From Candidatus Gottesmanbacteria bacterium UBA6580 (GTDB lineage Bacteria > Patescibacteriota > Microgenomatia > UBA10105 > UBA927), in assembly GCA_002433895.1 (NCBI GenBank), contig DJJA01000003.1, forward strand, positions 575,745 to 639,744: 64,000 nucleotides of DNA, given 5' to 3'. A program made the translations under genes and the position numbers. The notes under the pieces were generated by a model. The model did not search any database. It had not been told where the DNA came from and worked only from the letters and a program-made list of their open reading frames with translations. Below, one piece after another: positions 56,079 through 64,000 of the stretch (positions are counted from its first letter, which is position 1; each line of letters starts with the position of its first letter).

Positions 56079-57112
56079 ACCAAAAACGGATAGCATTTAT
56101 AGACATCGCCCGTGGGTTCGCCATTCTCGCCGTTATCGCCGTGCATACCGGATTTCTCCCTCTCCAACACCAACTCCTCCCGCTAATCACTCCCTGGATG
56201 CTTCCAGTATTTGCGGTGTTGCACGGGTGGCTTGCGAAAGACACGCACTCATTTGCCGACGTGGCCGTTAAGAGATTACGGTCGCTTATTGTTCCATACT
56301 GTATCGCTGGTTTTGTTTCTTATGCGTTATGGCTAGGGCTCCGTTGGTATGCAGTGGATACGGTGCTGTTTGTGCCATGGGACATGGCCTTGCGTCAATT
56401 ATTTTTGGGGACAAGCCTGGTATTTAATGGCCCGCTATGGTTCTTGCCTGCCTTTTTTATCGCCACAGTAATATTTGAAATCAACAGAGCAACCTTTACG
56501 AAGGGTGGCATCGCGAAGGCATTACTTTTAGCAGCAACATTGACGTTTTTTTCATTTACAGTAAACCCTACGAAAAGCCATGTGGTGTTTTCATACGACC
56601 TGTCGTTGCTGTTGGCATCTTTCATGCTTGTGGGTGAACGGTTACGAGCGGTACATTGGGAGAAAATACAAATGGGCACCTGGATTGCCGTTGGAGTTGG
56701 TTTTGTGGCGTTGAGTATTTTTAATGGCACCATCGATATGTTTGGCCGTGAGTTTGGTAATCCATGGCTCTATTTACTGTCAGCCCACATCGGGAGTGGG
56801 CTTGTAATCGGGGTGGCGCAGCGTATGGCTGAAAGGAAGTGGTGGGTCACTGGGGCGCTGGCGGTGATAGGGCGGCACTCGCTTCTTGTTTTGGTGACAC
56901 ATTGGCCGATGATGCAGTGGCTGACGTTCGTCCTGACCATCTTGGGTCTGGTGCCTGTGCTGGGAGGCACTCCTACGTATATGTCATTTTCGTATGATCA
57001 TCCGAGCGCCATCGTGTTTACCCTTATCGAGCTGCCCCTGTTGGCGCTCTATATGGCCGTACCCCTTCTCATATTACCCGTAGCGGGTAGGCTCCGCCGT
57101 GCATATTTGTAG
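56075..57112 (+). CDS. Acyltransferase family 3 (OatA-like) integral membrane protein
   Basis: 'RIAFIDIARGFAILAV' N-terminal motif and roughly 10 TM helices. GTG 56075 gives a GTGA overlap with the upstream GT2 stop. A REP copy lies inside it at 56782-56802. Confidence 0.6.
   Translation: MNQKRIAFIDIARGFAILAVIAVHTGFLPLQHQLLPLITPWMLPVFAVLHGWLAKDTHSFADVAVKRLRSLIVPYCIAGFVSYALWLGLRWYAVDTVLFVPWDMALRQLFLGTSLVFNGPLWFLPAFFIATVIFEINRATFTKGGIAKALLLAATLTFFSFTVNPTKSHVVFSYDLSLLLASFMLVGERLRAVHWEKIQMGTWIAVGVGFVALSIFNGTIDMFGREFGNPWLYLLSAHIGSGLVIGVAQRMAERKWWVTGALAVIGRHSLLVLVTHWPMMQWLTFVLTILGLVPVLGGTPTYMSFSYDHPSAIVFTLIELPLLALYMAVPLLILPVAGRLRRAYL
56782..56802. repeat. REP-like palindromic hairpin, copy 3, embedded in frame in the acyltransferase CDS
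   Basis: Exact AGCCCACATCGGGAGTGGGCT, translating as 'SAHIGSGL' within ORF 56075-57112. Confidence 0.75.
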
Positions 57113-57945
57113 TGGTTTGGTACAATAAGCGGGAAGCGACGCGAGCCAAGGCCTGGCCAGGTATGAACCAACACAAGACTGCATTTATCATCATCGCGTA
57201 TCACCCAAAGCTACCAGAGCTTCAACGGTTGCTTGGGCAGCTTAAAAAATATCCGACTATTATTATCGATAACGGAGGCACGCTTACACTTGATGATGTC
57301 GGTCGCGCTACCTTACTTTCCCAGCAGAAAAATCTCGGCTACGGTGCTGCGGCAAATATCGGCATTCATCACGCGAGCGGCATCGGGGCGAAATGGTTTG
57401 TTATCCTCAATCAAGATATTTTGTTTTCCGACAATTCAGCCTCCCAGCTCGTCAGCCTGCTTCGGAAACTGACCCCATGCGTCGCCGGACCGTTCGCCGC
57501 GGGGCTGGATCAGAGTAGGTGGACAACCATACTGCCATCAGACCGCACGGACTATCTCACCGGTTCCTGTATCGCAATACACGAGCGGATTGTCGGGAAA
57601 ATCGGCTATTTTTACGAACCATATTTTCTCTATTACGAAGACGCGGATTACTGTGTGCGTGCCAGAAACGCGGGGTATCCACTTACCCGGGTGACGATCC
57701 CGGGCATGGCGCACGAGGAAACGGCCTCGCTGGGGCGTGGTTCCCGGCTCCATCAGTATTATTTAGCCCGCAATCACATGTTGTTTGTACGGCGCCTCGC
57801 GCCGACGCCAGTGAAATTTTATGAGTTTTTCCGGCTACTAAAAACAATTACAGAACATATGACACGCCGCGAAAAAAGTGCGCTCATTGGCTTGCGGGAC
57901 TTCGCAATTGGCAGGTTTGGGATGCGTACAGGGAGGTGGGTATGA
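57112..57945 (+). CDS. Glycosyltransferase family 2 (rhamnosyltransferase-like)
   Basis: 'AFIIIAYHP' and 'YYEDADYC' DxD region. Start is uncertain (GTG 57112 or ATG 57163). Confidence 0.6.
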   Translation: MVWYNKREATRAKAWPGMNQHKTAFIIIAYHPKLPELQRLLGQLKKYPTIIIDNGGTLTLDDVGRATLLSQQKNLGYGAAANIGIHHASGIGAKWFVILNQDILFSDNSASQLVSLLRKLTPCVAGPFAAGLDQSRWTTILPSDRTDYLTGSCIAIHERIVGKIGYFYEPYFLYYEDADYCVRARNAGYPLTRVTIPGMAHEETASLGRGSRLHQYYLARNHMLFVRRLAPTPVKFYEFFRLLKTITEHMTRREKSALIGLRDFAIGRFGMRTGRWV

Positions 57946-59039
57946 AGATCGGTATAGATGGCGGGGCACTCTCTATCACCGATGACCGGCTTAAAGTCGG
58001 GGTCTACCGGGTTGCGTATAACCTGATAAAAGATATACCACGTAGTGATAATAAAAATAGTTATAGGGTATACAGCTTCAGTAGAGGAGGGGAGCGAGCG
58101 CCATTGCCACGGCGGAAAAATGTTGAGTTTGTGCAGTTGTTGCGCCCCGGATTTCAAAAAATATGGCAACCCGTAGAACTTATGAAGGATCCCGTAGACG
58201 TATACCTGGGAATTTCACAATCTTTGCCTTTTACATTGTACGACATCAAGAAAATTGGATTTATTTATGATGTTGGGTTTCTTGATCATCCGGAGTTTTA
58301 TCGTGACTCATTTTATGCGCTTTCGCTCCAAACCGCGTCGCTTATCAAACACGCTCATCATATTATTACTATTTCCCAGGCGTCAGCCGACAGCATCATG
58401 TCCCGTTATCATGTGCCGAAAGAGAAGCTTACGGTTGCATACCTGGGGGTAGAAAAACAATTCCATCCCTCTGGCAAAAAACATCATCGGAAAAACCCAT
58501 ACTTTCTTTTCGTCGGTTCGCTCAAGCCCGGCAAAAATGTGCCGATGATGCTGCGTGCGTTTTCTAAGTTTTTGGCATCAAGTAGCATCGAGTATGATTT
58601 TCTCTTGGTGGGCAGTGACTACTGGCTCGATCCGGGGATTTCCGCGACCATTAATTCATTGGGGTTGCACCGCAATGTACACATCGTGGGGTTTGCAGAC
58701 GATGTGACGCTCTCAGAGTATTATCGTGGCGCAACCGCACTCATGAGCGTTTCGCTTATCGAAGGCTTCGGATTGCCGGTGGTGGAAGCAATGGCTTCGG
58801 GTTGTCCGGTGATCGGTTCGACTATCGGGTCGCTGCCGGAGGTGGTGGGTTCGGCCGGCATGCTTGTCGATCCGGACAACGAAGATGAACTTGTCGGAGC
58901 ACTGCTTTTTGTTTCCACCGACAAGATAAAACGGGAACAGATGAAAGAAAAAGGGCGTGCGCGTGCCAAACTCTTTTCCTGGGATTTGTTTGCAAAGAAA
59001 GTGTCGGCTGTCATTACATCCGTGTCTCCCCGTCCATGA
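57936..59039 (+). CDS. Glycosyltransferase family 4 (GT-B, Glycos_transf_1)
   Basis: '[12 protein letters not shown]' and '[18 protein letters not shown]' E-X7-E region. Confidence 0.75.
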   Translation: MGMKIGIDGGALSITDDRLKVGVYRVAYNLIKDIPRSDNKNSYRVYSFSRGGERAPLPRRKNVEFVQLLRPGFQKIWQPVELMKDPVDVYLGISQSLPFTLYDIKKIGFIYDVGFLDHPEFYRDSFYALSLQTASLIKHAHHIITISQASADSIMSRYHVPKEKLTVAYLGVEKQFHPSGKKHHRKNPYFLFVGSLKPGKNVPMMLRAFSKFLASSSIEYDFLLVGSDYWLDPGISATINSLGLHRNVHIVGFADDVTLSEYYRGATALMSVSLIEGFGLPVVEAMASGCPVIGSTIGSLPEVVGSAGMLVDPDNEDELVGALLFVSTDKIKREQMKEKGRARAKLFSWDLFAKKVSAVITSVSPRP

Positions 59040-60172
59040 AGCATCCAAATGTCGCTATTGTTCGCGGTAAATTTCTAAACCGGTATGAAATGCAGGCATT
59101 TACGCCGCTCATCCGGGATTACCGTATTACGGCATATAGTTCGCTGACGCCGCTGCATGACCAGTTCGCTTTTCCTCTCATAAAACTTCCGAGTCCCATG
59201 GATTTACCCAACGTTCCATACAAGATGCCGATCCTCAACCGCCTTATGATAGATGCACACTATCTCGTGGGGCTTGAAGCGAGGCTCCGGAATGCTGACC
59301 TTGTGCATACTGCGGAAACGTATTTCCACTTTACCCAACAGTGCCTGAACGCGAAAGCACGCGGGTGGGTACGGAAAGTGGTTGCGACCGTGTGGGAAAC
59401 AATTCCCCATAACAACGAAGGAATTTGGGGCAGAGCTGGCTTCAAAGACCGGGCTCGGCGGGAGCTCGACCACATGCTCGCGGTAACCAACAAGGCTAAA
59501 ACAGCGCTTGTTACCGAGGGGGCAGATCCGGCGCGTATCAGTGTGGTTGGCGCGTCTGTCGATACTCACGTGTTTCATCCGGGGCATGCGCGCGCCACAG
59601 ACATGCCCCGTCTTCGCATACTTTTTTGCGGCCGGTTAGAACCGGAAAAAGGAGTGCTTGATCTTATTGCGGCAGCACGGTTACTGGGCGCTGATCCGGC
59701 GCTCGCGCACACCATCGTTGATCTCCATATCGTTGGCACAGGTTCTGCTCATGGCGCGGTTTTATCCGGAACCCGCCAACTGAGAAAAAATTGGCACTCT
59801 ACCGTTGAGAGTGCTACGTATGATCAAATGCCCGCCATCTACCGACAGGCGGATATTTTTGTCGCTCCAAGTAAGCCTACCAAGGCGTGGGAGGAGCAGT
59901 TCGGCATGGCGCTCTTGGAAGCACAGGCAAGCGGCCTCCCTATCGTTACCACCACAAGCGGGGGAATTCCGGAAAACACCGGTAACTCGGCGGTACTCGT
60001 TCCACCGGGGGATATACACGCCCTGACCTTCGCGATAAAGGATTATGTGCTGCATCCGCGGAAACGGGCGGCATTTGCGCGCCGCGCCCGTGAGCGCGCG
60101 GTTGCTATCCACGACGTACGGGTGGGTGCCCGTAAATTAGCAAGCGTATACGAGCGGGTACTCAGTAGGTAA
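59036..60172 (+). CDS. Glycosyltransferase family 4 (GT-B)
   Basis: '[20 protein letters not shown]' GT4 C-terminal motif. Confidence 0.75.
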   Translation: MKHPNVAIVRGKFLNRYEMQAFTPLIRDYRITAYSSLTPLHDQFAFPLIKLPSPMDLPNVPYKMPILNRLMIDAHYLVGLEARLRNADLVHTAETYFHFTQQCLNAKARGWVRKVVATVWETIPHNNEGIWGRAGFKDRARRELDHMLAVTNKAKTALVTEGADPARISVVGASVDTHVFHPGHARATDMPRLRILFCGRLEPEKGVLDLIAAARLLGADPALAHTIVDLHIVGTGSAHGAVLSGTRQLRKNWHSTVESATYDQMPAIYRQADIFVAPSKPTKAWEEQFGMALLEAQASGLPIVTTTSGGIPENTGNSAVLVPPGDIHALTFAIKDYVLHPRKRAAFARRARERAVAIHDVRVGARKLASVYERVLSR

Positions 60173-61301
60173 ACAGGTAATACAATGTCCCGATGCCGTT
60201 TAGCAGGCTGAGCGCCAGGATAAGCAGCGGCAGGATGCTCCGGAGGAGGTGGTGTGTATAGATGCGCTCAATGATACTCGTTAGACCCACGGCAAGGAGC
60301 GGTAAGGTGCTCACAAACATCCTGCCACTCACGCTCGCCCCCTGCCACCACGTGCTCCAGCTTGCCACCAAGTACACCTGTAAACAAAAAATAAGAAGAT
60401 AGATTTTCCGTTGCTTATCGTATTGCGGACGTTTAGTATCGTGAAGCAGTAAACCGAAAAACCCGATTGCGGCTATTGGCGTCCACAGAAACAAACCGCT
60501 AGAGATGCCAAATAATACTCCCACAATATGCGGCCGCAACAGATCAAACGTTTCCCCTCCCGCGATATAAGGATTAGCAACTGAACCATAAAGTGATACC
60601 CAAGCCGCCAATTGGGGGAGAAAGCCAAGTGCCGCTCCGAAGATAAATAGGCGCCAGTTTACCTGTCGCCAGAAGGGGATGAGGGCGAGGATATAGATCG
60701 CATCCTGATTTCGAATAGAGGCAAGAAACGCGAGGCTTATGCCTCCCGCGAACCAGTGAGGTTTTTTGGCGGTGATGACCGATAGGTATACAACCGCGGC
60801 AAAAAACGAAAGGGCGTGAGAATTCACCGGATCAACCGCTCCGTAAAACAATAAGTTGCTCGCTCCCGCTACCGCGAGCACGGTAAGTATCCGTACCGGT
60901 GGCGGGGAAGGGAGAAACCTTAGGAGCAGTACGAGTCCAAACAAGGCGGCGAGAACAGAGGTGATGCCTGCCGCGAGCTGATAAGGCAAACTCCATCCGT
61001 CCCCCCGCACGATCTGATGTACCGTGATATAGAGTGGTGCCCAGATAACCGCGGGACCGATACTGTATTTATTGCCGGCATAACCCAAGGGCGTGTTGGG
61101 CTGGGAAACCCGGCTGTCGGCATATTCATTGGTAAAGTCTATGTCATGATCAACGACGACCGATCGGAGCCAGGAAAAATAAAACACGCCGTCGCCGTAT
61201 ACCGTTTTTTGTAAATGCCACGCGTGGGAAAAAAACGCGACAATATACGCGGCTGCGATAAGCGCGACAGCCAGTCGGAGCTTCATTACGGTATGATACA
61301 A
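60162..61301 (-). CDS. Polytopic membrane protein, GT-C-like (ArnT/PMT-type) glycosyltransferase
   Basis: About 10 TM helices. 'DHDIDFTNEY' lies in the first loop, which is where GT-C catalytic Asp residues typically sit. Confidence 0.5.
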   Translation of the reverse strand: MYHTVMKLRLAVALIAAAYIVAFFSHAWHLQKTVYGDGVFYFSWLRSVVVDHDIDFTNEYADSRVSQPNTPLGYAGNKYSIGPAVIWAPLYITVHQIVRGDGWSLPYQLAAGITSVLAALFGLVLLLRFLPSPPPVRILTVLAVAGASNLLFYGAVDPVNSHALSFFAAVVYLSVITAKKPHWFAGGISLAFLASIRNQDAIYILALIPFWRQVNWRLFIFGAALGFLPQLAAWVSLYGSVANPYIAGGETFDLLRPHIVGVLFGISSGLFLWTPIAAIGFFGLLLHDTKRPQYDKQRKIYLLIFCLQVYLVASWSTWWQGASVSGRMFVSTLPLLAVGLTSIIERIYTHHLLRSILPLLILALSLLNGIGTLYYLFTY

Positions 61302-61313
61302 TGAAACCGTACT

Positions 61314-62060
61314 ATGGGTATATCAGTGGTTGTGTTGACACAGAATAACGCCGACACCCTGGAACAGACGCTTCAAAGTGTGTCGTTTTGTGATGAAATC
61401 CTGGTTATTGATGACCACTCTACCGATGAAACAGTGACCATCGCCAAACAGCACAATGCCGCCGTTTACACCAGGGCGCTTGACGGTGATTTTGCGTCAC
61501 AGCGTAATTTTGGATTATCCAAAGCGAAACATGAATGGGTATTGTTTGTCGACTCCGACGAGACCGTATCTCCCGCGTTGCGGGAAGAAATAATGGAAGC
61601 TATCCAAAACGTCGATGTCAACGGCTTTTTTTTGCGGAGACAGGATATTTTATGGGGTCGGGAGTTGCAGCATGGGGAAACAGAAAAAGTGCGGTTACTC
61701 AGGCTGGCGAGGGTCGGGAAAGGGAAGTGGCAGCGGCCGGTGCATGAAGTATGGCAAGTAGCCGGCGCGGTTGGTACGCTTACGCATCCACTTCACCATA
61801 CGCCCCACCCTCATGTCGCGCACTTTTTGGCAGATATAAATACGTACTCTACCATAAACGCGCAGTATTTTTTTACGCGTAAAACCCCTGCGTCGGTGTT
61901 TCATATCGTCGCCTATCCCGCCGCGAAATTTATACAAAACTATATCATGCGCCGGGGATTTATGGACGGGATGCCGGGTATCGTTGTTGCCCTCATGATG
62001 AGCTTTCATTCATTTTTGACCCGCGCAAAATTATGGCAACTGTACCAAAAGCACGGTTAA
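61314..62060 (+). CDS. Glycosyltransferase family 2
   Basis: 'VVVLTQNNADTL...ILVIDDHSTD' and 'FVDSDE' DxD. Confidence 0.7.
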   Translation: MGISVVVLTQNNADTLEQTLQSVSFCDEILVIDDHSTDETVTIAKQHNAAVYTRALDGDFASQRNFGLSKAKHEWVLFVDSDETVSPALREEIMEAIQNVDVNGFFLRRQDILWGRELQHGETEKVRLLRLARVGKGKWQRPVHEVWQVAGAVGTLTHPLHHTPHPHVAHFLADINTYSTINAQYFFTRKTPASVFHIVAYPAAKFIQNYIMRRGFMDGMPGIVVALMMSFHSFLTRAKLWQLYQKHG

Positions 62061-63115
62061 CTGCCGGTCTTATCCTCTTGGTGATAGTGTTTGTTGCGGC
62101 GCACGCTGTTTTTTCCGTATTTCGTATCGTGACGACCACTGCTCCCGATTTTTTTTATTATTATCAGGCGTCGCAGTCGTTTATATCGCACATCGAAAAT
62201 CCGCTGCACTTACTCCCGCCCGCTTCTCTGCTCGTCTACGCGCCGCTTGCGGTATTGCCGTATCCGCTTGTCCAGGGCGCATGGATTATCGTCAGCGTCG
62301 CGTGTCTGGTATTTGTAGTGTGGCAGCTGGGTGCGCTTGTGGGAGTGACATCATGGCAGCACCTCTCCCTCATGGGCGTACTTGCGTATGCAATGTTTCC
62401 CACACGGTTTACGTTGGGTATGGGACAGGTAAATCTGATTGCCCTTGCGTTTGTCGTGTACGCCGTTTCCCTCGTGAGAAAAAATCAGGTGGTGTTGCCC
62501 GGTATATTATTTGCGTATGCCATGCTCCTCAAGCCGGAGCTAGTGTTGTTGCTTCCGGTGATGGTATGGGCACGGAAGTGGCCGCTTCTCGTTATCATCA
62601 GCGGGGTGCTGATAATCACCGAATTTGTGGCGAGGGGTCTGGTGTATGAGGGTGCTCAATATATAGGAATTGAGTCGTTATTTGAAAGTTTTATCCGCGG
62701 ATGGGCAAGCGCCGGGGTGTACTATAACCAGGGACTGTCGGGTTTATTGGTCCGCGCTGGATTTATCCAACCATGGGTATATGGAATACTTTCGGTATTT
62801 GTGCTTATTATCACTTTGATCGCGCGGATAAAGCGGCCGTTACCCTTTGAGGCATTGCTGTGGAGTAGTTTGCCTGTCCTTATCCTCGTTGAGCCAATTG
62901 CGTGGCAGCACCATTTGGTGTTTTTGTTGCCAACGCTTTTTTGGTTGTGGATGGGAACTACTGATCGTGTCCGCAGAGCCGCACTTATCGTGAGTTTCGT
63001 ACTGATAGGTTGGAATTTTGCTACTCTCGGGTTTCTTGATACTATGCCATTAGGGTGGCTTGTGGCGTCACACGCCACGGTGGGGGTTATCATGCTGTGG
63101 GTGTTAACCCTTTGA
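62033..63115 (+). CDS. Polytopic membrane protein, GT87/DUF2029-like (GT-C)
   Basis: About 9 TM helices with a 'DFFYYY' aromatic motif in the first loop. Confidence 0.45.
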   Translation: MATVPKARLTAGLILLVIVFVAAHAVFSVFRIVTTTAPDFFYYYQASQSFISHIENPLHLLPPASLLVYAPLAVLPYPLVQGAWIIVSVACLVFVVWQLGALVGVTSWQHLSLMGVLAYAMFPTRFTLGMGQVNLIALAFVVYAVSLVRKNQVVLPGILFAYAMLLKPELVLLLPVMVWARKWPLLVIISGVLIITEFVARGLVYEGAQYIGIESLFESFIRGWASAGVYYNQGLSGLLVRAGFIQPWVYGILSVFVLIITLIARIKRPLPFEALLWSSLPVLILVEPIAWQHHLVFLLPTLFWLWMGTTDRVRRAALIVSFVLIGWNFATLGFLDTMPLGWLVASHATVGVIMLWVLTL

Positions 63116-63120
63116 TATTT

Positions 63121-64000
63121 ATGCCGTTTGCTTTGTGGATATTGGTAGCAGGGTTTATAGGCGGACAACTTACCGCTTTACCATTGTTTGCCGGCGCGCG
63201 GCTATCACTTCTGGATGCCGCGGTTATCGGCGTATTGTTGTACGGTGTGAGCCAAACGGGAAAAAAACGGTTTATTCCGCGCCTTTGGATGCCGATTATC
63301 GGATTTAGTGTGGTGGCATTGGTTTCGTTGGGTGTTACCGTCGGTTCGGTACCGTTGTACGTGGTGGGCGGCGGCTTGCTGTATATCATCCGGTGGGTGA
63401 GCTTTGCGGCGCTCTACTGGGTAGCGGCGAGCAGACTGATACGCGTTACTACCTGGCAAACGTTGTTGGTTGGTTCGGGCGTCGTGATGGCGCTTCTCGG
63501 ATTAGTGCAGTATATGTGGTATCCGGATTTGCGTAACCTTGCCTATCTCGGGTGGGATCCGCATTACCAGCGGCTATTCAGTACGTTACTTGATCCTAAT
63601 TTTACGGGTATTATTTTGGCGTTTACCGCACTCACGTTGCTTTCTTGGTGCACGCAAAAAAAATGGAATATGTGGCGGCTGAGTGGCGTGATGGTGACAC
63701 TAACCTCCCTCATACTCACCTACTCACGAAGCAGTCTCATCGCATTTTTTGTCGGGCTGGTAGTCTGGGGAATATACACGAAACGGAAAGCATTGGTCGG
63801 CGGTCTGATGGTGCTGGTCGCTATCGCGCTGTTGGTATTGCCGGGCACCGGGGAAGGAAGAAATTTGTTCCGTACCGTTTCGACCTACGCAAGAATCGGG
63901 AGTATGGAGCGGGCGATTTCACTTATTCACGAAAAGCCATTGACCGGTCACGGGTTTAATATATTACGGTTTGTAGCGCGTGACCGGAGTTGGATAGATG
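63121..64000 (+). CDS. O-antigen ligase/polymerase-like (Wzy_C) membrane protein, 3'-truncated by the window edge
   Basis: 'LTSLILTYSRSSLIAFFVGL' Wzy_C core motif. No stop codon is reached before position 64000. Confidence 0.6.
   Translation, partial: MPFALWILVAGFIGGQLTALPLFAGARLSLLDAAVIGVLLYGVSQTGKKRFIPRLWMPIIGFSVVALVSLGVTVGSVPLYVVGGGLLYIIRWVSFAALYWVAASRLIRVTTWQTLLVGSGVVMALLGLVQYMWYPDLRNLAYLGWDPHYQRLFSTLLDPNFTGIILAFTALTLLSWCTQKKWNMWRLSGVMVTLTSLILTYSRSSLIAFFVGLVVWGIYTKRKALVGGLMVLVAIALLVLPGTGEGRNLFRTVSTYARIGSMERAISLIHEKPLTGHGFNILRFVARDRSWID

Overview
This 64 kb window comes from a compact bacterial genome at roughly 50% GC. The gene content and architecture suggest a small-genome, possibly CPR/Patescibacteria-like lineage, but that is inference only. 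All calls below rest on motif recognition by eye, with no database searches. The main contents are as follows.

- **Cell-wall and division cluster (about 4.5-28.3 kb).** Nearly the whole + strand is an expanded dcw cluster. The core genes are mraZ, rsmH, ftsL, ftsI, a MurE-like ligase, pgeF, murC, murB, murA, murF, mraY, ftsW, murG, ftsQ, ftsA and ftsZ. Inserted among them are a GlmU-like nucleotidyltransferase, an alpha/beta hydrolase, a DegT aminotransferase, a CvpA-CAP fusion, an MBL hydrolase, a FemAB-family transferase and dgkA. murD and ddl are absent from the window.
- **Two T-box riboswitch leaders.** One sits upstream of glyQS and one upstream of ileS. Each has the conserved T-box antiterminator sequence, a mutually exclusive intrinsic terminator, and the matching specifier codon (GGC or AUC) in the terminal loop of an unusually short Stem I.
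- **AT-rich island (about 28.3-31.5 kb).** It carries a candidate PD-(D/E)xK nuclease, a family of paralogous small ORFs with duplicated upstream modules, and a gene fragment.
- **Mobile element.** An IS200/RAYT-like tyrosine transposase is flanked by 21 bp palindromic REP hairpins. A third REP copy lies 4.5 kb away inside a coding sequence.
- **Low-GC envelope glycosylation block (about 51.6-64 kb).** It encodes GT2, GT4 and GT-C family glycosyltransferases, an acyltransferase, an O-antigen ligase fragment and a secreted LCAT-like lipase.
- **Other genes.** These include recO, a MacAB-like efflux trio, ileS, rodA, rplU, rpmA, a THUMP-type methyltransferase, parB, lepB, tRNA-Val(GAC), a thermonuclease, and a guanylate-kinase-like/Nudix fusion.
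- **Leaderless-style promoters.** Several genes have a -10 element only a few nucleotides upstream of the start codon.
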